A stretch of 57,036 nucleotides of DNA from Patescibacteria group bacterium (GCA_038062075.1 JBBTXY010000008.1:1-57036); one strand, 5' to 3'; positions 47,709 to 56,383 are shown, counted from the stretch's first letter. A program made the numbers and translations. Notes: generated by a model from the letters alone, not told the origin.

Positions 47709-50375
47709 ATGGCCTCCTCCTCCCGCGTGCCCCCGCAAGATATTGACACGGAGCGCGCGCTCCTCGGCGCCCTCATGATAAATCAAAGTGCCATCTACGA
47801 AGTTGCCGATGTCGTGCATGTCGATTCGTTCTATGCAGGGAAACACCGCGCTATCTACGACGCTATGCTGAGCCTCTACGGGAAAGGCGAGCCTATCGAC
47901 ATTGTGACGGTCGCAGGGAAACTCACGGAGCGGAAACAGCTTGAAGAGATCGGCGGGCGAAGCTACCTCACGGAATTGGTGGAAGCGGCGGCCTCCCCCG
48001 GCTCGGCGCGACACTACGCACAGACGGTGCAAACGAAATACTTGCTGCGCTCCCTGATCGACGCCGCCGCAAAAATCGGCGAACTCGGCTTCCAGGAAGA
48101 CCGCGAAATAGAACAAATCCTCGACGAGGCGCAGCAGGCCGTTTTCGCGGTCTCGAATGCTCCCATGCTGCGTAACTTCACCGCCATCAAGGAAGAACTC
48201 CACGAGGCGTGGGAACGCTTGGAGAACCTCCAAAAACATACTGGTTCCTTGCGCGGCATCCCCACCGGCTTCCCTGCGCTCGACAATATGCTCTCTGGAT
48301 TACAAGAATCGGACCTCGTCATCCTTGCCGCGCGTCCTTCGATGGGAAAGACAGCACTCGCCCTCGATATCGCGCGGCAAACGGCTACCAAACACCAAAC
48401 GGCTGTCGGTATCTTCAGCCTCGAAATGAGCTCGCAACAACTTGTGGATCGTATGCTTGCCGCGCAAGCCGGCGTCAATGCGTGGCGACTGCGTACTGGG
48501 AAGATATCGAGAGATGATGAATATGAACGCTTGCAAGCTGGTATCGCCGAACTCTCCGAAGCGCCAATTTTCATCGACGACAAAGCAAGTAACACCGTCT
48601 TAGGCATGCGCTCCGTCGCCCGCCGACTGAAAATGGAAAAAGGTCTCGGACTCGTCATCGTCGATTACCTCCAGCTCATCGTACCCCCAACTGCTGGCTC
48701 GAACGTCTCCGTCGTGCAGCAAGTGACAGAGATCTCGCGTTCCTTGAAAGGCATGGCGCGCGAGCTGCGCGTTCCCGTCCTCGCGCTCTCGCAGCTCTCG
48801 CGCGCGATCGAGACCCGCCGCGGCCGTCCGCGCCTCTCCGATCTACGCGATTCGGGCTGTCTTACCGGAGATACTCTGATCCAGAGGGCGGATACCGGCG
48901 AACGTATACCAATTAAGGCATTGGTCGGAAAGACGAATGTTCCGCTCGTTTCCATGGATGCGTCGTATCGCCTTCGTCCCATGCTTGCCTCCGCTGTTTT
49001 CTCGAGTGGGGAAAAACAGGTCTTTTCACTCACAACCAGAAGCGGCCGCACGATCAAGGCATCCGGGAATCATCAATTCCTTACCTTCGAGGGGTGGCAG
49101 CGCCTTGATGCGCTTCAGGAGGGCGATCGGATCGCACTGCCGCGGTTCCTTACGGCGCAGGAAGCGCCGAGCCAGCTTTCCGTCAATGAACTCGTTCTGC
49201 TCGCGCATCTTCTCGGTGACGGGTGCGTTCTGCCGCGCCAGCCCATTCATTACACGAGCGCCGATGAAAAGAATATCGAAGCGGTAGAAACGGCGGCGGG
49301 CGCGCTCTTCGGTATCGCGCCACGGCGAATCCGGCAAAAGAATTGGTGGCATAGCTATCTTCCGTCCCCGTATCGCCTGACACATGGCAAACATCACCCC
49401 ATCACAGATTGGTTTTCGCGACTTAACATCGCGCCAGTGCGCTCATATGAAAAACGAGTGCCCCAATCAGTTTTTGCTACTGACTCGAGATCCATTCAAC
49501 TCTTTCTTCACCACCTGTGGGCGACCGATGGTAACATTTCGTGGAAAAAACTTCCGGGACGAAAACCTGCGGCAGCCATTTACTACGCGACGTCCAGCCG
49601 TGGACTCGCCGATGACGTCCAGCATCTTCTCCTACGCCTCGGCATCTGGAGCACCGTGCGCTCTGTCGCACAAGGCGTACATCGCGCGAACTACCATGTG
49701 CTCATTCAGAGCGCGCCGGTCCAATTGCGCTTTCTCGAGCTCGTGGGTTCCTACGGCGGACGTGGCGCGATCGTGCCGAAGCTTCAAGAGGCGCTTCGCG
49801 CGATAGCGCCGCTCCCGAACACCGACACCATTCCTCAAGAGGTCTGGCAGTTGGTGAGCAGGGAAAAAGAACGTGGTGGTATGAGTTGGCGTGGTGTCGC
49901 GAAGTCTCTAGATGTCTCGTACAACGGCAGCGCACTTATGGCAACAGGCGTCTCCCGAACGCGTCTTGCGCAAGTTGCAAAAGCGATCGGCAGCGAGACG
50001 TTAGTGCATCTCGCCGAATCGGACATTTACTGGGATGAAGTGGCATCGATCGAACCACTCGCAGTCGAAGAAGTATTTGATATCAGCGTGCCGGGGACTC
50101 ATAACTTCGTCGCAGGAGACATGCTTGTTCATAACAGCATCGAGCAAGATGCCGACGTCGTCATGTTCATCCATCGCGAGGACAAAATGGACCGTGAAGC
50201 GGAGAAGACGAATGTGGCGGAAATCCTCATCGAAAAACACCGCAATGGTCCTATTGGTAAAATTGACCTCCTCTTCGACGAGGAGAAAACGACGTTCCGC
50301 TCCATCGAGAAAGCCGATTTCGGCGACTTCACGCCGGAGGCGGCAGTTGCTGGAGAAGAAGGACAGCCGTTCTAG
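47709..50375 (+). CDS. dnaB: Replicative DNA helicase containing an intein
   Basis: AARPSMGKT, FSLEM, IVDYLQL, LSQLSR, LRDSG|intein|SIEQDAD. Confidence 0.97.
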   Translation: MASSSRVPPQDIDTERALLGALMINQSAIYEVADVVHVDSFYAGKHRAIYDAMLSLYGKGEPIDIVTVAGKLTERKQLEEIGGRSYLTELVEAAASPGSARHYAQTVQTKYLLRSLIDAAAKIGELGFQEDREIEQILDEAQQAVFAVSNAPMLRNFTAIKEELHEAWERLENLQKHTGSLRGIPTGFPALDNMLSGLQESDLVILAARPSMGKTALALDIARQTATKHQTAVGIFSLEMSSQQLVDRMLAAQAGVNAWRLRTGKISRDDEYERLQAGIAELSEAPIFIDDKASNTVLGMRSVARRLKMEKGLGLVIVDYLQLIVPPTAGSNVSVVQQVTEISRSLKGMARELRVPVLALSQLSRAIETRRGRPRLSDLRDSGCLTGDTLIQRADTGERIPIKALVGKTNVPLVSMDASYRLRPMLASAVFSSGEKQVFSLTTRSGRTIKASGNHQFLTFEGWQRLDALQEGDRIALPRFLTAQEAPSQLSVNELVLLAHLLGDGCVLPRQPIHYTSADEKNIEAVETAAGALFGIAPRRIRQKNWWHSYLPSPYRLTHGKHHPITDWFSRLNIAPVRSYEKRVPQSVFATDSRSIQLFLHHLWATDGNISWKKLPGRKPAAAIYYATSSRGLADDVQHLLLRLGIWSTVRSVAQGVHRANYHVLIQSAPVQLRFLELVGSYGGRGAIVPKLQEALRAIAPLPNTDTIPQEVWQLVSREKERGGMSWRGVAKSLDVSYNGSALMATGVSRTRLAQVAKAIGSETLVHLAESDIYWDEVASIEPLAVEEVFDISVPGTHNFVAGDMLVHNSIEQDADVVMFIHREDKMDREAEKTNVAEILIEKHRNGPIGKIDLLFDEEKTTFRSIEKADFGDFTPEAAVAGEEGQPF
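48858..50135 (+). mobile_element. 426-aa intein with LAGLIDADG homing endonuclease
   Basis: Starts CLTGDT; block B SGNH; LLAHLLGDG and FLHHLWATDG; ends THNFVAGDMLVHN followed by Ser+1. Confidence 0.96.
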
Positions 50376-50376
50376 T

Positions 50377-50985
50377 ATGCCGAGAGATCCGATCGAGCGC
50401 CTAAGCGCTCTCTTCGAAAAATTCCCCGGCATCGGCCCCAGGCAGGCACAACGCTTCGTGCAGTTCCTTCTACGCTCGTCATCTACTACTCGACGGGAGC
50501 TCACGGAATCCATACGCGAGCTCGGAAGTTCGGTGCACCAGTGCCCCGAATGCATGCGTTTCTCTTCAGGTGAGAAAGGACTCTGCAATATCTGCGCAAA
50601 CAAAGAACGCGACATTTCGCTTCTTGCAATCGTCGCATCCGACGCCGATCTCTCTGCCTTGGAGCGCTCCCACACCTACCGCGGCCGCTACTTCGTCCTC
50701 GGCGGCCTGTTGCTCCTTTCTTCGGAGCGAACCAACGGCCTGCGCATCAAGGAACTTCTCACTTCTATTCCGAAACGTGCGAAAGCCGGGCTTAAGGAAA
50801 TCATTCTCGCCTTCCCGGCAAACCCCGAAGGCGACTCGACCGCTATCCGCATATCTCACGAATGTCGGGAGATCGTAACTCCCGATATCAAAATCTCTAC
50901 CCTCGGCCGCGGTCTCTCGACTGGGAGCGAACTTGAATACGCGGACCCGGACACTCTAAAGAGCGCGCTTGATAATCGAAAATAA
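50377..50985 (+). CDS. recR: Recombination protein RecR
   Basis: FPGIGPRQAQR HhH, C4 zinc finger, Toprim, GSELEYAD. Confidence 0.93.
   Translation: MPRDPIERLSALFEKFPGIGPRQAQRFVQFLLRSSSTTRRELTESIRELGSSVHQCPECMRFSSGEKGLCNICANKERDISLLAIVASDADLSALERSHTYRGRYFVLGGLLLLSSERTNGLRIKELLTSIPKRAKAGLKEIILAFPANPEGDSTAIRISHECREIVTPDIKISTLGRGLSTGSELEYADPDTLKSALDNRK
50866..50889. repeat. Half copy of the REP-like palindrome inside recR
   Basis: CGGGAGATCGTAACTCCCGATATC, 24/24 match; encodes REIVTPDI. Confidence 0.9.
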
Positions 50986-50986
50986 C

Positions 50987-51141
50987 GGGATAGAGTTTAG
51001 GTGCGTCCGGCTACAAACCGGTATTGCCCGCTAGATTTGAATAGGCTAAGGCCATGGGTTCCACGTTCAGGTCTAGCCGGGGTTCCGAGGCGGTTTGCGT
51101 GCACTCTGTGCCGCCGCCTCGGACCAAATCTAAAACCGCCC
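50987..51141 (+). ncRNA. Candidate structured RNA between recR and rplU
   Basis: Stems 51030-41/51066-77, 51084-93/51114-23 and 50996-51002/51128-34; G-U wobbles favour the plus strand. Confidence 0.35.
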
Positions 51142-51458
51142 TAGATGGCGGTGATTCTCACTTTCGTATACGGCTGGCGATGGCCTTTCTTCTTGAAATA
51201 GCGGCTCTTTTGGCGGTAGCGGATGACGGTCACTTTCGCTTCGCGGCCTTCTTCGAGGATTTCCCCTGACACTTTGGCGCCGGCAACATGTGGAGTACCG
51301 ACTTTCGTCTCCTTACCGTCGTCGGTCAAAAGCACTTTATCAAAGTTGACCTTGTCGCCTTTTCCCTTTGTCCCCTTCAAAGTTTCAACATAAATAACGT
51401 CCCCGTCCTTGACGAGGTACTGCTTCGAGCCGGTCTCGATGATCGCGATCTTTGCCAT
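51141..51458 (-). CDS. rplU: 50S ribosomal protein L21
   Basis: AIIETGSKQYLV, GHRQPYT. Confidence 0.96.
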   Translation of the reverse strand: MAKIAIIETGSKQYLVKDGDVIYVETLKGTKGKGDKVNFDKVLLTDDGKETKVGTPHVAGAKVSGEILEEGREAKVTVIRYRQKSRYFKKKGHRQPYTKVRITAI

Positions 51459-51607
51459 AAGTTGGAAGAGTATATGACATCCGCAGCCTTTACGCAAATG
51501 AATATTTGCATATATATGCTAATCATTGCATAATTCATGTCAGTCCCGCAATTCTCCTTTGACTGCCGCGCCCCGCTTCGAGGCCCGGCTACAGTGGAGG
51601 ATTTACC

Positions 51608-51892
51608 ATGAAGTTGCTTGTCACTCTTGTGCTCCTTCTTGCCCCAACGTACGCATGTGCGCTGACGAACGAGGAGCTCACAGTTCGTTGCCAGCACGAA
51701 GGCTCTGCCAAGATCGCCGCGCAGGCCAAAGCATGGAACTGCGAACCACCCGAACAAATCAGAGTGAGCCACATTGACAATCGTTGGTGGAACCCGTCGA
51801 AATATGTTTGGTTCACCGCGCAAATTAACTGCGCGAACGATCAAACCACTGTAAGCAAGTTGGTGCAGTACTATCGTGGCAAATGCTACTGA
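51608..51892 (+). CDS. Small secreted Cys-containing hypothetical protein
   Basis: GGAGG RBS, signal peptide, downstream terminator. Confidence 0.7.
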   Translation: MKLLVTLVLLLAPTYACALTNEELTVRCQHEGSAKIAAQAKAWNCEPPEQIRVSHIDNRWWNPSKYVWFTAQINCANDQTTVSKLVQYYRGKCY

Positions 51893-51930
51893 GATGGCGA
51901 TCTGATGTTACAGCCATTCGGATTATCTTC

Positions 51931-51963
51931 AACCGGCTCTCTCACAGGGCCGGTTTTCTTTTT
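51931..51963 (+). terminator. Intrinsic terminator
   Basis: AACCGGCTCT-CTCAC-AGGGCCGGTT then T-rich tail. Confidence 0.75.
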
Positions 51964-51985
51964 CCATACCCTCGGCGAGGAGAGT

Positions 51986-53059
51986 TTACTCTTCGCTCGA
52001 AGGCTTATCGATGAGCGCGACATCCAGCCCCGCTGAATCTCCTGTTATCCGCAACACATCCTTGTCGATCTTCCCTAATTCTTTCGAGCCAGCATTGTAG
52101 TGGTTTACCGTCGTTGAGAGCGCGGTGCCGACTTTGCGATAGTAGTCCTCATACGCCTTCAGGTGGCGTGAGAGATTCTCAACGTTCTTCGCGATGTCCT
52201 TAGCCGTTTCTTCGATCTTGAATGCCTTGAAGCCGTACAAAACCGATTGAAGGTAGGCGGCGAAGGTCGTCGGCGAGACGATGATGACTTTCTTTTCGTT
52301 GTAGGCGTAATCAATCAGATTGCGCGTATTTACTTTCACCGAGCCGACTTCATTGATGAGAAGATCGTAGTAGATAGCCTCGGCTGGGATATACATAAAG
52401 GCGAACGGCAACGTGCCGTCCTTGGGACGCACATACTTCGCGCACTCGTCGATGCGCATCTTGAGATCGTTCTTGAACTGCTTCTCCAATTCCTCGCGCT
52501 GGCGGTCGTTTATCGCGTTCACGAGCCGCTGGTAATTGTCGAGTGAGAATTTAGCGTCGATCGGGATGATTCCCTCCTTTGTCGTGATGATGGCATCAAC
52601 GGTCTCCCCGCCGGGGAATTCGTACTGCATCGTGTATGAACCGGGCGGGAGAATATTCGAGAGAATGAGCTCGAGCGACGCCTCGCCGAGATTCCCTCGT
52701 TGCTTCTGGTGCTTCAGGACCTTCTCGAGGTTCTGCAGTTGCTCTGCGATCGTGAAGACCTGCTTCGTTGACTCTTTCGTCTCCGAGACGCCTTTCACGA
52801 CCTCCATCAACTGGTCCGACATCTGTTTGCTGATTGTCGTCATCAATTTGTGCGCCTGATCGGATTGCGTGCGCATGCCTTCGAACATCTGTCTCGTGCC
52901 TTCGCCGAGCTTGTGCTCCATGGCGCGGGAGAGGTCCTGTAACTGATTCTGCAACAAGACAAGGCTTTGAGAATCCTGCGCCGGCCTCTGGCTGCGCCAG
53001 AAAAGGAACGCGAGAAGCGCGAGATTGGCGATAAGCAGTATGACGATGAGCCATTCCAT
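51986..53059 (-). CDS. rmuC: DNA recombination protein RmuC
   Basis: RGNLGE, IPIDAKF, MYIPAEAIY, VSPTT. Confidence 0.92.
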   Translation of the reverse strand: MEWLIVILLIANLALLAFLFWRSQRPAQDSQSLVLLQNQLQDLSRAMEHKLGEGTRQMFEGMRTQSDQAHKLMTTISKQMSDQLMEVVKGVSETKESTKQVFTIAEQLQNLEKVLKHQKQRGNLGEASLELILSNILPPGSYTMQYEFPGGETVDAIITTKEGIIPIDAKFSLDNYQRLVNAINDRQREELEKQFKNDLKMRIDECAKYVRPKDGTLPFAFMYIPAEAIYYDLLINEVGSVKVNTRNLIDYAYNEKKVIIVSPTTFAAYLQSVLYGFKAFKIEETAKDIAKNVENLSRHLKAYEDYYRKVGTALSTTVNHYNAGSKELGKIDKDVLRITGDSAGLDVALIDKPSSEE

Positions 53060-53177
53060 CCCGTTAGAAGTAGGACGCGGACAACAAAGTGCTGCCCCCT
53101 ACCTTGTTAGTATTGATAAGCCCGATTTGCATAACCTAAACCTGCCCCCGTGCGTCCGCGACTTCTAACGGGACCAT
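53056..53177 (-). mobile_element. 114-bp MITE-like element inserted at the rmuC start codon with ATGG duplication
   Basis: Minus strand reads TACAAT-N7-ATGG|TCCCGTTAGAAGT...ACTTCTAACGGG|ATGGAA; same TIR core as 47478-47607. Confidence 0.7.
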
Positions 53178-53203
53178 TGTGCACATTGTAACTTGCAAAC
53201 CGC

Positions 53204-53231
53204 TTGACAGGAAATCAGGATTTTGTAAAGT
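53204..53231 (+). promoter_or_regulatory. Sigma70-type promoter
   Basis: TTGACA-N16-TAAAGT. Confidence 0.55.
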
Positions 53232-53237
53232 GTTGCG

Positions 53238-53361
53238 GAATTGTTCTTCGCCGAGGTTGGTCTGGGAACTACCCATCCCCCATGCCAAGCCGGCAAGCAC
53301 GGGACCCCCTCCCGTGTCCTGGAGCTCAGATCCTTCCCCCGGGATCTGAGCTCTCTTCTTT
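53238..53361 (+). ncRNA. Candidate small RNA with three C5 runs and its own terminator
   Basis: Upstream promoter; hairpins 53250-94, 53298-316 and 53322-53 plus U-rich tail. Confidence 0.5.
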
Positions 53362-53397
53362 ATACAACTCTTAATCTCTGTGTGTTAGACTGAAACG

Positions 53398-53847
53398 ATG
53401 CTCACCCTAAAGGTCAAAGATGACATGAAGGAGGCGATGAAGGCGAAAGACGACCTGCGCGTACAGACCCTGCGCGGCGCGATGGCGGCATTCACGAACG
53501 AACTCGTCGCCAAAGGTAAGAAACCGACAGATGAAGTTGATAATGAGATGGCGCAGACTGTCTTGAAGAGATTGGCGAAGCAGCGCAAGGATTCAATCGA
53601 ACAATTCACCAAAGGAAACCGCCCGGAACTTGCCGAAAAAGAAGCAAAAGAACTCGCCATCATCGAATCCTATCTCCCGCAGATGGCTTCTGAAGCAGAA
53701 GTTGAGAAGATCGCGAAAGAGAAAATCGCCGAGATGGGTGCAGATAAAACCAAAATGGGCCAGATTATGGGCGCAACAATGAAAGCTCTCGACGGCAATG
53801 CAGACGGAGCAGTCGTTAAGAAGGTTGTGGAAAAACTGCTCTCATAA
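53398..53847 (+). CDS. GatB/YqeY domain protein
   Basis: DMKEAMKAKD, KQRKDSIEQF, YLPQ, MGQIMG, ADG. Confidence 0.93.
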   Translation: MLTLKVKDDMKEAMKAKDDLRVQTLRGAMAAFTNELVAKGKKPTDEVDNEMAQTVLKRLAKQRKDSIEQFTKGNRPELAEKEAKELAIIESYLPQMASEAEVEKIAKEKIAEMGADKTKMGQIMGATMKALDGNADGAVVKKVVEKLLS

Positions 53848-53923
53848 AGTTGCATTCTCGAAATATTTGCATACACTACAGTCACCTGCTCAGCAGGTTA
53901 ACCAAAACCAAAAGGAGAGCAGA

Positions 53924-54148
53924 ATGCTGAAAGTTGTTTCGGTTACTCCAACCCAAGCAACGGTTCACTTCAACGCTGGCATCCAATGCACGTATGGGTG
54001 CCCAATAGAGGAAAAGAACGTCCGTGGCAAGAGACTGAAGGTCATCGCGAAAGACCCGCTGGCCGATCGTATCTTGCCACGAGGTTGGGGCCGCGATTCC
54101 CGACGCAAGGCCGCTGAAGCCATTCAAAAGGCTCGCGATAACAAGTAG
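53924..54148 (+). CDS. Small hypothetical protein
   Basis: AAGGAG RBS, 74 aa, downstream hairpin 54177-54197. Confidence 0.55.
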   Translation: MLKVVSVTPTQATVHFNAGIQCTYGCPIEEKNVRGKRLKVIAKDPLADRILPRGWGRDSRRKAAEAIQKARDNK

Positions 54149-54204
54149 ATTACGATTGCGCTCAGGCGCAATCACAGGAGACGTCTGTGGCGTCTCCTTC
54201 CTTT

Positions 54205-54732
54205 TTAGTATTTCAACACAAACCGCCAGGGCTTTTTAGCCCATTCCTCTGCATAGGCAACGCCGATGCGCGGCGTGCGCTCGATCCCCTTCTCCACAAC
54301 TGGTTTTGCATCTTCGATCCATACACCATTCTCAGGCACGGCCTTTTTCGCATTCAAGGCACGCGTGATGCGAAGCTCTTTCGTCAGCTTTCCCGGCCCG
54401 TCAACGAGCGTGTGATCAATTTTCACCGCACGGATGAGAACCGCACCTGGGTGGTCCTTGGGCCCCGTCACGATATTGAGCATCTCGTACATGCCATAGA
54501 TGAAATAGACATACCACCTGCCCGGCGGTCCAAACATGACCTCGGTACGGGCGGTGCGGCCGCGCGAGGCGTGGCTCGCTTTATCCAAAGGGCCCTCATA
54601 GGCTTCCGTCTCGATTATTCGGTAGCGCTTCGTTTCCCCACCGCGCTGCCGCACGAGGATCTTCCCCAGAAGGTCAGGTGCGACCCGATCCGCCGAGCGC
54701 ATGAAGAATTTCTCTCCCAAAACACGCGCCAT
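54205..54732 (-). CDS. 3-methyladenine DNA glycosylase (MPG/AAG family)
   Basis: IIETEAY, YVYFIYGMY, AVLIRA, GPGKL, PRIG. Confidence 0.93.
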   Translation of the reverse strand: MARVLGEKFFMRSADRVAPDLLGKILVRQRGGETKRYRIIETEAYEGPLDKASHASRGRTARTEVMFGPPGRWYVYFIYGMYEMLNIVTGPKDHPGAVLIRAVKIDHTLVDGPGKLTKELRITRALNAKKAVPENGVWIEDAKPVVEKGIERTPRIGVAYAEEWAKKPWRFVLKY

Positions 54733-54737
54733 TCACG

Positions 54738-55922
54738 TCAGTATACGGATTTCGCCATTCTGTGCGAAATAAGAACTGATGCTGCGGCGGCAATACCCGC
54801 CGCGAGAATACAGACTCCGAACGCGACCGGCGCGCTCCCGAAAAGAAGCAGCACGGCAAAGAGAGCGCATGCGGTAATCCTTCCGAGCGCCATGCCCATT
54901 TCCTTAAGCGCTGTATACTCATCGACGAAATGCCCCGCGTCTGCCGTCTGTTCGAAAGCCCGCGCGTCAATGCCGAAGCGACGCGCAGGAATGCCGCCAT
55001 GATAATACACGTCCGCAATAAAGACCTGCAGCGGCGTCCCCGCGACGAGTCGCAGAACCCAGCTTGAGAATACGACAATCGCGAGCGTGAGAACGGAGCG
55101 TTCAAGACCGAGTGCGGTGAGCACACGCCGTATCACGCGCCGCGCAAGGAAGGTGATGAGCAAGGTCGCCGAAAGGATGGTTCCAAGAAGCACATATGAT
55201 TGTCCCACGATAAAAAAGACGGCAAGCGGCCAGAAAAGGAGCAAGGTGACCCCTTGCACGCCATCGAGGAAGGATGTGAAGAGAAGCCCGCGGTTGGCAC
55301 GAGCGAAGAGCGCCGCGAACGTTTCCCCAAAACTCCACACGAACCGTTCATACCCTTCCCGCACGAACGTAAGCGGGAAAAGAGAGAGGAGGATTGTGAT
55401 GACAACAATGACGAACAACGCCGCTGCCCCGCCAGGTACAACAAGTGCAAGTCCGCCACAGAGCGGCATGAGCGCGATCGCCGCCTCACGCACGAACGAA
55501 GCGCGAGAAGTCCCTTCGCGCTCGAGGACAGTGGCATACGGTACCCAGTAGAGCGCGCGGTGTATCCCGCCCAAAACGACGAATCCCGCGACCATCGAAA
55601 AGACGAACTCGCGGGTGAGCGTCGCCTGTGGCGCAAAGAGGACCGCAATCGAGAGAAATGCGAATACGGACGCAAGCGTGCCGTAGACAAGCGCGCGACG
55701 GAGCCCCTGGCGCAGCACGGCCCCTGCAAGAGGTGTAAGTACGAACATGACCCCTTGCGAAAGCGCATACAAAGCACCAACACCGAACAACGCAAGCTCG
55801 AGGTTACCGCTCCCGACGTGCAACACGCGAAACACGACAAGCCACGCGAAAATGTTTCCCGCAGAAAGGGCGAGGCGGAGCAAAAAGCGATGGGACTGTA
55901 GCGCCCGCGCGCCTTCGCCCAT
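54738..55922 (-). CDS. MFS-like multi-pass membrane protein
   Basis: About 12 hydrophobic segments in two halves. Confidence 0.7.
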   Translation of the reverse strand: MGEGARALQSHRFLLRLALSAGNIFAWLVVFRVLHVGSGNLELALFGVGALYALSQGVMFVLTPLAGAVLRQGLRRALVYGTLASVFAFLSIAVLFAPQATLTREFVFSMVAGFVVLGGIHRALYWVPYATVLEREGTSRASFVREAAIALMPLCGGLALVVPGGAAALFVIVVITILLSLFPLTFVREGYERFVWSFGETFAALFARANRGLLFTSFLDGVQGVTLLLFWPLAVFFIVGQSYVLLGTILSATLLITFLARRVIRRVLTALGLERSVLTLAIVVFSSWVLRLVAGTPLQVFIADVYYHGGIPARRFGIDARAFEQTADAGHFVDEYTALKEMGMALGRITACALFAVLLLFGSAPVAFGVCILAAGIAAAASVLISHRMAKSVY

Positions 55923-55926
55923 ACCC

Positions 55927-56301
55927 TTACACAAGACGCGGATTCATCGCGGCTGCTTTTCGACGCAACGAGGTAAAGAGCGGCACGATAACGACAAGCG
56001 CATACCCGACCCACACGCTCCACGAAGCGTAGAGGCCCCAACCGGAGAATGGCACGAGAAAGAACGCGTCAGAAAGCGCGGCGACAACAGCCCACGCGAA
56101 GGTATACGGAAGTAGGTCTTTCCACGTGTCCATCCGGAGCGAGCGCGCTGCGATCGTCGTGATAAGGACGAGAACGCCAAGGCGGATTACAAGCGAGAGA
56201 ATGCCGAGCGAGAGCCCATAGATGACCAAGCCCGACCAGACGAGATACATGACCGCGTAGATAATGACCCCCCAGCCGATTGCATTCTTAAGCAACATCA
56301 T
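55927..56301 (-). CDS. Hypothetical 4-TM protein
   Basis: Hydrophobic ORF; TATAAT 8 nt upstream. Confidence 0.7.
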   Translation of the reverse strand: MMLLKNAIGWGVIIYAVMYLVWSGLVIYGLSLGILSLVIRLGVLVLITTIAARSLRMDTWKDLLPYTFAWAVVAALSDAFFLVPFSGWGLYASWSVWVGYALVVIVPLFTSLRRKAAAMNPRLV

Positions 56302-56383
56302 TACTGCGCATTATATCCCCTCACGTGCGTGTACGCGCCCGATCGCGTGAACATATGTGGATAAAGGAGTGTGCGCCCCATAC

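Noticed and set aside
50035-50376. N-terminal extension of RecR overlapping dnaB
   Set aside because: RecR homology starts at ATG 50377, 1 bp after the dnaB stop.
50987-51141. SRP RNA (ffs) near recR
   Set aside because: The conserved domain IV motif (CAGG..GGAA..AGCAG) is not found on either strand.
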